A DNA stretch of 57,493 bases. It comes from Prorocentrum cordatum (taxonomy: Eukaryota). Numbering within the stretch: position 1 is the first letter of the stretch; each line of letters starts with the position of its first letter. Made by a program: the position numbers and the translations under genes. The DNA lies in contig CAUYUJ010000021.1 in the NCBI GenBank assembly GCA_963575745.1, positions 62,001 through 119,493 of the forward strand. The letters are read 5' to 3'. The notes under the pieces are model-generated. The model ran no database searches and had not been told where the DNA came from. It saw nothing but the letters and a program-made list of their open reading frames with translations. This document shows, piece by piece, positions 1-13,000 of the stretch.

Positions 1-101
1 ACTACTACTATGACTACTGCTACTACTAATAGTACTACTACGACTACTACAACTATTACTACTACTACCACTAATACTACCACTACCACTACTACTACTA
101 G

Positions 102-141
<40 letters not shown>

Positions 142-184
142 GTTACTACACCTACTACTATTACTACTACGACTACTACTACTG

Positions 185-248
<64 letters not shown>

Positions 249-480
249 GACTACGACGACGACGAAGACTACTACTACTACTACTACTGCTACTACTACT
301 ACTACTACTACTACTACCAGTACTACTGTTACTACTACGGTTTCTACTACAATTTCTACTACTACGACTACGATCAGTGCTATTACTATCGCTGCTACTA
401 CTACTACTACTACTACTACTACCACTACTACTACTACTACCACCACCACGACTACGACTACGATTACTACTATTACGATG

Positions 481-526
<46 letters not shown>

Positions 527-632
527 TGACTACTACGACTACTACTACTACTGCTGCTACTACTACTGCTACTACTACTACTACTACTACTACTATGACT
601 ACTGCTACTACTAGTACTAGTACTAGTACTAG

Positions 633-664
<32 letters not shown>

Positions 665-865
665 TGACTACTACTACTACTACTACTACTACTATTACTA
701 CTACTACTACTACTACTACTACCACTACAACTACAACTCCTACTTTTACCGCAGCACGAGCAGTACAATTGCTACTACGACCACTAGGACTAGGACAACT
801 TACCACTACTACTACCCCTGCTACGATTAGTAATGCTACTGCTACTGCCGTTCCCACTACTGCCG
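1..865. repeat. Degenerate (ACT)n microsatellite
   Basis: Near-continuous ACT triplets; the poly-Thr ORF is a by-product. Confidence 0.97.
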
Positions 866-1339
866 TTTGTCGATCTGATGGACCACACCCACTTTTTCAA
901 ATTTCAATCGGGATGCGTAAGGGGAGTCATTGTATCCAGAAGCGCTCTGGTGGTTTCTCCCTAAGTCGGGACCTTACTGAAGCGTCCCAACAACGCTCTC
1001 GACCACTTCGGACAGATCGCATCTGGTTGAAATCGGTCCCAAGTGGTTCCTGAACGAATCGTAGTGGATTCGATCGGTCGTGCTCGAGGGGGGGGTGGTC
1101 GAGGGGCGATCGCGTGTGTGTGTGTGGCCCGTTGGGTGTTTGTGTGGCCCGTTGCGTGTGTGTGTCCCGGCGAGCAGCCAGCCAGATGCGCGTAACTGTG
1201 GCCCGCGCTGGCCCGTGAGTCAAAAATATGTTTCAAAATCTGCGGAAGGCCTCCTCTGTTAGCTGAGAACAAATGGAAAAATCCTAAGAGATTGCATGTA
1301 TTACAAACGGAACAGAGTGGCATGTGTTTTGAAAGCACT

Positions 1340-1488
1340 CTGGTGATAGTACTAATGGTGATGGCGGCGACGGTGGCAGTGGCAGCAGTAGTGGTAGTAG
1401 TAGCAGTAGTAATAATAATATTAGTAGTACTAGTAGTAGTAGTAATAGTAGTAGTAGTCGTAGTAGTAGCAGTAGTAGTAGTACTAGC

Positions 1489-1520
<32 letters not shown>

Positions 1521-1582
1521 CAGTAGTAGCAGTAGTAGTAATAGTAGTAGTAGCAGTAGTAGTAGCAGTAGTAGTAGTAGTA

Positions 1583-1632
<50 letters not shown>

Positions 1633-1653
1633 ATAGTAGTAGTAGTAGTAGCC

Positions 1654-1695
<42 letters not shown>

Positions 1696-2117
1696 ATAGT
1701 AGTAGTAGTAGTCGATCATAGGAAGTAACCGTAGTACTAGTAGTAGTAGTACTAGTAGTAGTAGTCGTCGTCGTCGTCATAGTAGCATTAATAATCGGAA
1801 TCGCAGTTGTAGCCGTAGCAGGAGTCGTAGTAGCAGTAGTGGTAGTATGAGGAGTAGTAGTCATAGTAATAGCGGTAATACGTTATCTTGAAAAATGTAG
1901 GGATATATAGAAGTAGTCGTTGTCGCTTGTCGCAGTAGGTCGTAGTGGGTGATGGTGGGCCGTTGGTCGAGGTCAGTAATAGTGGTCTGTCTAGTCCTAC
2001 TGGTCGCCGTAATCGTAGTAGTAGTAGTAGCAGTAGTAGTAGTAGTGGTGGTCATAAGAAGAATGGTCGTAGTACTGGCAATAGTACGAGCAGCAGGAAT
2101 ACTAGTGCGAGTAGTAA

Positions 2118-2161
<44 letters not shown>

Positions 2162-2291
2162 CAAACCATATTAATAGGGATCATAGTGATAATCACACTA
2201 ACAGCAGCAGCAGTAGTAGTAGTAGTAATACTAATGGTAGTAACAGTAGTTGTGATAGTAATGACAACACGCACAGTAATACTACTAATAC

Positions 2292-2335
<44 letters not shown>

Positions 2336-3135
2336 ATAGGAGTCGTAGAAATACAAATACTAACAGTAGTAGTAGCAGTAGTAGTAGTAATAACAGTAAA
2401 AATGGTCCTAGTAGTAAAAATAGTGATAGTAGTCGTCGTAGTCGTAGTGGTAGTGATTACAAGGACTATGGATCGTAGTAGTAATAATAGTCGTCGTCGT
2501 CCTCGTCGTAATGATGAAAATGATCGTAGGACGTAACCGTAGCACTAGTAGTAGTAGTACTAGTAGTAGTAGTAGTAGTCGTCGTCGTCATAGTAGCATT
2601 AATAACCGTAATCGCAGTTGTAGTCGTAGCAGTAGTCGTAGTAGCAGTAGTGGTAGTATGAGGAGTAGTAATCATAGTAGTAGCGGTAGTACGTTGTCGT
2701 AAAAACAATTGTAGGGATAGATAGAAGTAGTCGTTGTCGTTTGTCGCAGTAAGTAGTAGTCGGTGATGGTGGGCCGTTGGCCGGGGTCAGTAATAGTGGT
2801 CTGTCTAGTCCTACGAGTCACCGTAATCGTAGTAGCAGTATCAGTAGTAATAGTAGTAGTGGTGGTCATAAGAAGAATGGTCGTAGCACTGGCAATAGAA
2901 CTAGCAGCAGGACTACGAGTTTTTAGTAGTAATAGTAATAGTAGTAGTAGTAGTAATAATAATAATGGCGGTGGTAGAGGTAGTCGTCGAAATCGTAACC
3001 GTTGTTGTTGCAGCAGCACCGATGTCAGTCGCAGTATCCCCACCGATACCAATACCCACACCCATCCCGATACCAGGTAGTAATAGTCGTCGTCGTCCTC
3101 CTCGTGGAAATCTTTCGTAAAATTAGTAGTCGTGA

Positions 3136-3197
<62 letters not shown>

Positions 3198-3334
3198 AAG
3201 TAGTAGTCGTAGTGGTAGTGGTAGTGGTAGTGGTAGTGGTAGTGGTAGTGGTAGTGGTAGTGGTAGTGGTAGTGGTAGTGGTAGTGGTAGTGGTAGTGGT
3301 AGTGGTAGTGGTGGTGGTAGTGGTAGTGGTAGTG

Positions 3335-3386
<52 letters not shown>

Positions 3387-3526
3387 GCGTAGTAGTCGAA
3401 ATAGCGATACTAGTAGTAGTAGTAGTAGTAGTAGCAGTAGTAGCAGTAATAGAAGTAGTAGTGGTACTAGTAAGTAGTAATAGTAGAAGTCTGGTTACGA
3501 GTTATACTAGTAGATCTGGTAGAGTC

Positions 3527-3557
<31 letters not shown>

Positions 3558-4020
3558 CAGTACGAATGCAAGTACGAGTACGAGTAGTAGTATCAGTAGT
3601 ATTAATACGTGGTAAAAGTGTTCGTAGTAGCAGTAACCGCAGTATTCGTACTAGCAGTTGTAGACGTACTAGGTGATAGTAGGTGATAGTAGTACTAGTA
3701 GTAGTAGTAGAAGTAATAGTAGTAGTAGTCGTCGTCGTCGTCGTAGTCGTAGACGGAGTCGTAGTCGCAATCGCAATAATAATAATCGTACTTACAATGG
3801 TCGTGGTAGTAATAAGAGGAAAATGGAAGTGGTAGTAAAAAATACACATACGTATAACCGTAAGCATAACAACAGTAGTAGGTGTAGTAGTCGTAGTCGA
3901 AGTGATATTAGTAGTCGTAGCAATGATAGTAGCAGGAACAATAGAAGTAGTCGCATTCGTGGTTGTAGTACTAGTAATGATAATAGTAGTTGCTGGCGTA
4001 GTAGTAGTCGCATTATCAGT
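1340..4020. repeat. Degenerate (AGT)n microsatellite field with a (GTAGTG)n tract and an internal ~400-bp duplication
   Basis: AGT/GTA triplets dominate; 1711-2100 is repeated at 2521-2920; GTAGTG run at ~3210-3335. Confidence 0.95.
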
Positions 4021-4039
4021 AGGATGATCGCAGAAGCGA

Positions 4040-5955
4040 TTTGATCTGCCAGGCTTCAATTTTGAAGGTTGTTAGCATTCTCGTTTTTTCGGGCTTCCGT
4101 CGGCTCAAGGTGGCCCCACGAGGCCTCCATGATGGCCCCACGACGGCCAAACGGGGCCTCGAAATGGCCCAAGGGGCCTCCGCGACGGCCTCCAAACGGC
4201 CTAGAGGGCCTCCGGAGGGACCCGAGACGGCCAGCCCGAGGTGACCCCTGGACGGCGCAGTGCGGCCTCACGGCCCCAAGAGACCCCCCAGGCGGCCGCG
4301 AGGGCCCCGAGACGGCCCCGAGAAGGCCAAGGAGGGCCCCCAGGGAGTTCCAAGAGTGGCCCACATACACGACCTCTGGAAGACCCCAAGACAACCAAAA
4401 TAAGGTCTCCTCCTCCTCCTCCTCCTCCTCCTCCTCCTCCTGCTCCTCCTCCTCCTCCTCCTCATCATCCGCTTCCTCCCCCCACCCCTAGCCCTTTCGA
4501 TCAGGGTCGGCGGCACCGGCCGTCAGGCCTCTCCAATAAGGTCGAAGAGGGTCGTTAGACGCAGCAAGAAGCTATTCACAGGCCCGCTTGGGGCTTTTGA
4601 CAGGCCCCAAGAAGCTCCACAGAGGCCCCACGAGGCTGTTCGGAAGTCCCAAGAAGCTGTTCGCAGGCCCCGAGAGGCCCGACAGAGGCCCCAAGAAACT
4701 CGACAGAGGCCCCAAGAGGCTCTTCGGAAGTCCCAAGAAGCTTTTCACAGGCCTCGAAAGGTGCGACAGAGGCCCCAAGAAACTCGTCGGATGTCCCAGA
4801 ACGCCCGATAGAAGCCGCGAGAAGCTCCCCACAGGCCCCAAGAAGCTCTTCAGCCCCCCGAGGAACTCAACCGAAGTCCCAAGAAACTTTGCGGAAGCCT
4901 TATAGAGACCACAGAAGCTCCTCAGAGGCCCCAATCAACTCTTCGGAAAACCCTTGCAGCCCTAAGCCCCCCGGAGGCCCCAAGAAGCTCTTCAGCCCCC
5001 TCAAGGAGCTCCTCAGCCCTCCAAGAAGATCGTCAGCCCCCGATATCCTAAGAGGGTCGTCCTACGTATCCTATCAGCTATGGGGGGGGGGCATGGGTAC
5101 GGGTCTCTTTCTGCATGCCAGCCCCCCACCAGGAGGATCTTCAGATGCCCTGAGAGGCGCGTCGTGCGTTTTTGTCATCGGCTGTGAGGGGAGACGTCCA
5201 GGGCCTCTTCCTGGAGGCAAGCCCCCCCGCTGTCGCACCCCACCCCGCGACCCACCCACGACCCACCCCGCGACCCACCCCGTGACCCACCCCGCGCCCC
5301 ACACGCGCGCCCCACGCGCGCCCCACGCGCGCCCCTGCACAAACACCCAACCGGCCACACGGACTTCTCTTCTCTCGGGCCGGGGGGGTCCCGGGGGCGG
5401 TCCCCCCGGGGGCTCCCCGGGGCCCCGAAGAACCTAGACCAGGCATAGAGTCGGAGGCCTCCTACAACGGTCCAGGAGGACCGCGAGTCGACGAAGTAGT
5501 CGTCCCGTGCGCCACAGATGGGCTCCAGACGGTCCAAGACACCTCCCAGACGCTGCGCAAGGCCTCCAGGAGGCGCTCCGAGAAGGGGCCCAACAGGCAA
5601 GGATCATAGACTTTCTTTTTTTTCTTGTTTGAAAGATTTTGGTGTTCTCGCCTTCTCGGCTCCCCGACGCTCCAAGACGGCCCAAGAGGCCTCCACGATC
5701 GCCCCAAGATCGCCCCCCGAGATAGACCCCAAATAACCCCAAAAGTCTCCAAGAGGGCTCCGAATCGACCCAAGAGGGCCTCCAGACAGCCCTAACAGGC
5801 CCCCAGAAAACACAAGAGGCCCTCAGGAGGCTCCCAAGAGACCCCCAAGAATCTCGGGAAGACCCAAGGGCCCCCCCCCTCCTCGTGCACCTTTTCCATC
5901 CCCCTGTCCTCATCGCATACAGGGTCGGCGGAGCCGGCCATGAGGCCTTCACAAT
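4040..5955 (+). mobile_element. Cluster of GGCCCCAAGA-rich non-autonomous elements with Helentron-like 3' ends
   Basis: Ends at 4504-4537 and 5922-5955 both read GGGTCGGCGG-N4-GGCC-N4-GGCC-N5-AAT; interiors are degenerate GGCCCCAAGA repeats. 5' boundaries uncertain. Confidence 0.55.
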
Positions 5956-7149
5956 GTTGGTTCCGTCCCGGAGGCCCAGCGGATGCCGGGCCACAACACC
6001 GCCTCGCCCACGTGTGGCGTCCCCCTTCAGGCGCGGCGTGGTTGTGCACCCCCAGTCCCAGAGCCTCCTGCGACACCGCCCGCCCTCCCGGCAATCCTGC
6101 GGGCCGACGCGGCCATGCAAGACCTGAGGAGGACCGACGACCACAGGGAGGAGAGCTTCGACCACACCGACAGCAACTGCACCAGAAGGCGACCACCTCG
6201 GCGACCCTCCCGCTGGCGCCGCACGGATGCTGGACGCGGCTGCCCCGGCAGCACAAGCAAACTTGGGCACCCAAGAGGAGAGAGGGGGCCACAGCGAAGA
6301 GAAGCACAGGCCCTCGCGCCCAAGGTGGACGAGAGGCAGCTGAAGAGCGGCGACCCGTCGCCGAGGACTGCTAGGCAGCATGCCAGAGCGGCGGCCAAGC
6401 TGAAGGCCTCTCTCACCACTGGGGGTGTGGCCCACCCACAAGTGCCCACATCGAGGCCACGGCCGAGCTCACCGGGCAGCTGAAGGCGCGGATGCCAGCC
6501 GCCAGGTGCCAGCGGGGCTGCCCACCGAGTGACACTCGGCCACGTCGTCAAGGACTCGCACCTGCAGGCATGGCGCCGCGACTCTCTGCGGCTCCACCGC
6601 GCAGTGCTGCCGCCAAGGGGGCTCCCTCGAGGCCAGCCTTGTAATGCTGGAGCTGAGGCAAAGTCGCCCTTTTGCTATTTTTCTCGAGAGCTCAAAAAAA
6701 GTTCAAAAAAGTTCAGACCTTTGGCTGGACAAATCGAAGTTCGAAACAAGCCATCGGTGTGAGGAGCACGTGCAGAGGGGCGACGACGCTGCCCTCGCCG
6801 AGGCCCCCGCCTCGGGGGCCATGGGCCGGCGGCTCCGTCCCGCACACACGAAGGGGCCCTGGGACACACAAATAAATACACACAAATAAAAAGATTCCCT
6901 ATATGTTCCTTCTATTTTCTGGGTTCTTGTCTTCCTCCCCACTTCCCATGTTTTCCCATATTTTCTGGGGAATCGAGGAATCATTGTGTCTGTGTGTTTT
7001 TTCCTCTCCTGAACACAGGCCCTCGCTTGCCGCGGCCCCCCCAAACAACCTCCGGCCGCCAGCCTCTCAGCCTGCCGCTCTCGGACGCCCGTCCGTCGAG
7101 CGCTCCCGCGGGCTCCCTCCCCGCCTCTGCTCTTCTGGTGGTCTCCCTG

Positions 7150-7307
7150 GGGGGCCGCATGCGAGCCCTACCCCTCCCCCCCGCGATTTCTGAGGGGGAG
7201 GGTGGGGTTCACTTCGTTCGGGAGCTCCCGCGCGAAGTGAACCCCACCCTCAGGCCCTCCCCCTCAGAAGTCGTGGGGGGCAAGGGTAGGGTTCGCATCT
7301 GGCCTTC
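7150..7307. mobile_element. Palindromic MITE family A, copy 1
   Basis: ~155-bp fold-back centred on GGGAGCTCCC; homologous to 24852-25008. Confidence 0.8.
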
Positions 7308-7313
7308 TATAGA

Positions 7314-7474
7314 GGGAAAAGAACTATGCACATGCACCGATTCTGGCCAGGCCCATCCTGAGCCCAGGATCGGTGCATACGCCCTCCTACCTTGGCCAGG
7401 AAGGCATATGCACCGATCCTGGGTCAAAAATGGGCCTTGCCAGGATCGGTGCATGTGCATAGTTCTCTTCGCCC
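7314..7474. mobile_element. Palindromic MITE family B
   Basis: AGAACTATGCACATGCACCGAT ... ATCGGTGCATGTGCATAGTTCT arms; the whole unit folds back. Confidence 0.75.
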
Positions 7475-7593
7475 GACTTCTACTCCCGCTCCACTCCCCC
7501 GCACCCATGGCCGAGCGAGCTGCTGCAACGGAACCAACAGCGGAGCACCCACCCCATCCTGGGCCGCCGCTCCGCCTCCTCTCGGCCACGCGC

Positions 7594-7755
7594 AAGAGTG
7601 ACCCTGGGTAAGAGTGACCTTTGGTGCGCAGCTTTTCGGGGGCCACGGGGGGGCCCAACACAAGAGCGCAAGACGCCACAATCGCATCGCGCTCGGCGAT
7701 CGGGGGACCCCATTGGGCCCGCACCCAAAGGTCACTCCGGCGAAGAGTCACTCTT
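7594..7755. mobile_element. MITE-like element with ~35-bp imperfect TIRs
   Basis: AAGAGTGACCCTGGGTAAGAGTGACCTTTGGTGCG at left vs CGCACCCAAAGGTCACTCCGGCGAAGAGTCACTCTT at right. Confidence 0.6.
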
Positions 7756-8702
7756 TCGACTATTTGATCCCCACGAGGCGCGAACTTCCCGGGCCGGGGA
7801 GATCATGACCGGCGGCATGTGCGCGGCCCAGCGGGGGGGGGCAGGGACGCAGTGAGATAAGAAGAGGCGCCATGAAATCTGGGGAAATATCATGGCCCAC
7901 GCCATGATGTCCACCCCCCCCTAGTCATCACCCCCCTCTTCTCCGCCCCCGAGCTCCGCCTCCTCACGAGGCGCGAGCTTCCCGGGCCGGGGAGACGCCA
8001 CGATGCAGGACCCCGCCGCCGGGGCAGGCCGCCTCGCAGGAGCTGGCGCCGCCGCGCGGCGGACCGGGCCCTCGGCCTCGGCCGCGCGCCCTTCTCGGGG
8101 AGGTGCACGGAGCGCACGGGCGGCGCGCGCCGCCGCGGAGACCCTCTCCGCGCGACCGCCCGCGCGCGCTCCGTGCGCCTCGGGGTGGACGCCTGCTCCC
8201 ATGTGGAAGAGCAGAAGAGACGACACAAAAGAAGCAACAATGTGATAGTGCTGCAATGTTTCCTCGCCCCGTGTACTGAATCTCTTTGTCTCGAGTGCGT
8301 TCACCGACCCACACGCGTGTGCGCCCTCCTGTTGGGGCTTGAGCACGGGCCTAAACCAGTGAACAACACCTGAGCCTTCTGCCCCAGACAGCCCCAGACA
8401 GGCGGCAGCGAGACTTCTGCCACGATCGCGACTGCGACCGCCGCGGTCACGCCACCGGCGCCCGGGCGGGGGAGGACCAGGCGGACGCGGCGGCCCCCGA
8501 GGAGCCAGGCGAGCTCACTGCCCGGACCGACAGCGGGGGGTCGGACGGCCCGCCTGCGAGGTCGGGCATCCGCAGCACGCTCGTCCTCATTGACGTCGAG
8601 GGCCACGGCCACATCGACCTCGACTGCCTCCTCTCGGCACCTCCCCACGACGCGTCCTTCCTGGGGAGCGTCTTCGCGACGCCGCTGCAGACCATCCACT
8701 TA

Positions 8703-8788
8703 GGAGGAGGAGGAGGAGGAGGAGGAGGAGGAGGAGGAGGAGGAGGAGGAGGAGGGGGAGGAGGAGGAGGGGGAGGAGGAGGAGGAGG
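8703..8788. repeat. (GGA)n microsatellite, left half of the transposon target
   Basis: GGA run abutting TTGTGACAT; resumes at 21196. Confidence 0.95.
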
Positions 8789-9205
8789 TTGTGACATTCG
8801 CCGTCCCACAGAGGCGGGCAGGGCGAGAATAATTCAATCTAGCGTCCAATTAACATCCAAGTAGCTTTTGGCCAACACGCAGAAGTAACGAAACAATAAC
8901 GGGTCATGTATGTAACCGTTCCACACGATAACATTTCAAGGGCCCTGCATGTAAGCCCCTCCGACGCGGATTGGGCAGGAGGAGGAGGGGGGTAGGAAGA
9001 GGAGGGGAAGGAGGAGGACAGGGGGGAGGAGGACGAGAAGGAGGAGGAGAAGAAACAGGAGCGAGGGATGAGGAGGAGAAGGCGGATAATGGGGAGGAGA
9101 GGAGTATGAGTATGAGTATGAGTATGAGTATGAGTATGAGTATGAGTATGACCATATGACAAAGTCAGCAGAAAGAAATGACAAACGACCACAGTTGAAA
9201 TGAAA

Positions 9206-9306
<101 letters not shown>

Positions 9307-10093
9307 TCGTCCACGAGGAAGGGGGAGAGTGGTCCTGGCGGATCGCGGGCCCTGCACAAGCCTTACTTCTGGCGGTGAATGGTCGCGGGCGGCGGGGGAC
9401 GGCGGGCTGATCCGATCTTCTGTCGCGGTCTGCTGCCGCCTCGGTCGGCGAAGTGCTGGTCCGCGCGAAGCTGAGAAACCGTCTGCCAAACAAATTGCCC
9501 CTCTCCCTGCTCCTCCCTCCCCTCCCTGTGCCCTTCCCTTCCCTCCCGTCCCTTGTGCCCAGTCCCCGTCCACTGCCGTGCCCCCTTCTCCCTCCTGCTC
9601 TCCTCATCCACCCCCCCAGTCAGCCAATCGCCGCACTCAAGCTCGACGCAGCACAATTGCGATTCCACTGTCACTAAACAAACTCGCACTCGATGGCCAG
9701 CGGGGGGCCGACTACGTGGGGCGATGGGGCCCAAGAACGAATGGAGGAAAGTTTGGATACGTATTCGGTTAATGCCACTTGGGGTTGGGAACGCAGGCGC
9801 ATGCGCTGGCTGACCAACAAGTGCGAGGCCCTACGAAAACTGATCTTGAAATCGAGCCCCTCGAAAGCGACGGAAACACTTGCTACCCCCTCTTGCTAAT
9901 GCCCCCCCCCGTCGTGCGGCGTTCAATCTCGACCCCGATCTCCGTCGCTCTCGGATCGCTGGCACGCCCAGTGCCTGGGAGCCCCGCCGACAAACCCCAA
10001 TCGGCACTACTGATGGGCCCCTGGACTGGCTGGCACAATCGAGCGGCATCACCTGCTGCTCGAAAAGGGGCTCGCGACCAGACCGTGCGTGAA

Positions 10094-13000
10094 TTAGCGG
10101 CCCAACAAGAACTTCCGCATCGGGGCGTTGATGTCTGGGTGCAACGCCTGGTCCTCCTTGGTGCCGTCCGTCAGCTTGGTCCTCAACTCTTTGATCTCGG
10201 CGATCAGGGCCGTCCTCAAGAGGTCCGAATTCTTCTCGTTCGTCATCTTCATGAGGATCGAAGCTTCGGCCTTGGTGGTCCAGCTCCTCTGCGCAACCAC
10301 CTCCGCCTTCTGGACAAGGCTAGCGTCGGCCTCAGTCGAGGCCCACTTGCAAGCATCCTTGTACTCCTTGACCTCACGCGGGACAGCAGTTGCCAACTCA
10401 GTCAGAGCTGTCCACTTCATCCCCTTGGTCGCTTTCTTCATGACTTCGGCCAGCTGGATGATCGTCATGTGGTCCGTCGCCTCCTCCGCCCACGGCTTTC
10501 CTGACAGCGTCCCGTACTGGACTGTAGCCAACTCAGCAGAGGTCGCCTCCAACGCACCCTGCCGATCACGAACGTACGCAGTGCCGACATCCTTGCGGAA
10601 GTCCGCGGCCCAGGTGACGTTGTTCTCGAACTCAGCCCTCGCGTCAAGATCGAGGAACTCGACCTGGTTCAACTCGATGACCTTCCGAGCCTGCGCGACC
10701 TTCAGCCCCAGCGCCTGCATCGCGTCCAAGCCGCCCTCCGAGTTGACGACGTCATCCGCGGTGCCAATGGTCTTGATCTTCACGACCTGCCCAAGCAAAC
10801 CACACGCCACTGTAAGAACACCCAGACGTTTCGACAACATGGCATCGGGGCGGATCTCCAGCAACGACCTCAAGGACGCAGCCCATGAGTCCCATGATGG
10901 ATTACTTCGGTGAGCCTCCAAGACGGCAGCGAGCAACCTCTGTGCGCGGTCTACGGCACCGACCCCGTCCTTCCCCTTCAAGGTAACCCCCTTCGCGTGC
11001 GTGCAAGCGTCGGCAATGCGAGCCAACACCAGGTCGAACTGCCCAACATCAATATCAGTGACGCTATGACCCTGCTCCCAGTCTGGCACAAGCAAGGCAC
11101 ACATGTCGAGGAGGTTTACGCGGCGGTCAACTGAGTCAACAAACTGAAGCACCACTGCAAGCCTCTGCTGAAGCTCTGTCACCTCGGCGTCCATGGGGAA
11201 AGCCACGTTCGCCTCGGCAGCCAAGGCGCCCACCTGGCTAAGCTCCTCCTTCGCAGGAAGTGGGCCCTGAGTCCAATCCATATCGCAAAACCACGTGACC
11301 TTCGCAACGACTGCGTGCTTCAAATCGCTACTCAAAGACTGTGTCTCGGAAGGCAACCCCTCGCACCACATCGCAAGATTCGAGCACATGTGACTCAAGT
11401 CATTCCAAGTACATTCGCCGTGACCCTTGCTCAAGAGGCACTTGGCGGTTAAGATGCTAGGAAACTGCTCCTTCGCAAAGGGCAAGGTGCGCTGCAGCAT
11501 CTCGAGCTGACTCTGGTAGAAGGGCGACGCCGACAATGAGGCTGCAATGGTATGGCTCAAAGTGTTGCCCGACTTCCCAACGTACTTGCAGAACCGCTCA
11601 AGCTCCTCCCCTATGTCCAGGATGGACGCGCCAGCAGCTGGCTGCGCCATATGGCGAACCACCTTTGCGGCGTCCACGAAGTCATTGGCAAACTTAACAA
11701 CCATGCCAGACGACATGAGGTAGTCCACGCTTTCGAAGATAGCAATGCAAGTGATCAGGATCTGCCCGAGCGCCGCGGCAGATTCACGACCCTTGGAGAC
11801 GGCATTGCAGATGTGCCCCCTGATAACGATCCTGAAGAACTCTGCGAGACGGTCTTTATCGGGCAGGCCCGTGGAACCCAACGTAGGGTCCTGCGGGTCG
11901 AACTTCGAGTCGCCAAGCGGGCTTGCAACGCGAATGTACTCCGCCGCGTCGAGGCTGATGTCCAGGCTGGCGAGCTTCAGGGAGACCAGCTTCAGCATCG
12001 TCGCCTTGGGGAAGGTGTGGTCGCCGTCCTTCACGATCTTGTCGACCAGAAGTTTCGCAGCATCCCACGACGTCGATTGGAGATCCTCTGCTCGAAGGTC
12101 CTCGGCCGCCTTCACGAGCTTCTCGAATACTTGAAGGTCGTCCGCTTCCGACTTGGCATTGGGGTCCTTTGAAGACAAGAGCCTCTTGATCCTCTTCCGG
12201 AGCCCAGAGACTGTGCGTCCGTCGATCGTCCCTGCCATGACCTGGGAAAGGGGAATGCGGCCCTGCCAGACATTCACAGCATCGGTGCCACAAGCATCGG
12301 CGTCGTCAAACCCCGTCATTGAGCTGGCGGCATCGTTGAACGGATCTTCCAAGGAGCCCCCACTGCCGCTGGTTGCCTGCCCTGTAGATATGGGCTTGGA
12401 CGGCGTCTTCAATTCCCCAGTCGGGGACCGCCTAGGCGCCGTGGGAGGTGGAAGCATGGCTGCTGCAGCAACTCCAATTAAAAGACCACCGTCAACATCA
12501 TCCGCCGTCAAGTCCACTGGACGAACACCATCTTCCTCCGCCGACCCCTTGGCCTTGTCACTCCTCTCGCAATTTAAGAACTCTGCGTACGTCTGCAAGC
12601 TCTGCCCTTGCTTGCCGTCTAATTTGGCCGCGAGGGCGACCAAACCTTTGCCGTCCGCGAGCCCATCGAGTGACCTCATGAAGGCGTCCTGGCCCTGCGA
12701 CTTGTAGACCTGCTTTGCGGCCTCCAGCACGTTCGTGGCAATCGTGATCTTCCTGGTAAGGCGTAGGAACCCAAGCTTACCACCACTGGCGGTGTCGCCT
12801 GACGGACCTGCTGAAGCAGACTCTCGGGGGTCGGGCGCCTTGAAGAAGTACACCGTATCCGCGTTGCCGCTCTCATCGGCAAGCTGCATTGAAGTCAAAG
12901 GCTTGATGGTCCGTTTCAGAAGACGGGAAGTATTGAGATCTTTCTTCAAATCGGTCTCAGAATGAATTTCAAGTGGCCTGCTAAAGTCGAAAGCGATCTC

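Noticed and set aside
10..4059. Long poly-Thr/Val/Ser/Tyr ORFs (mucin-like)
   Set aside because: Translations of ACT/AGT microsatellites, open in several frames.
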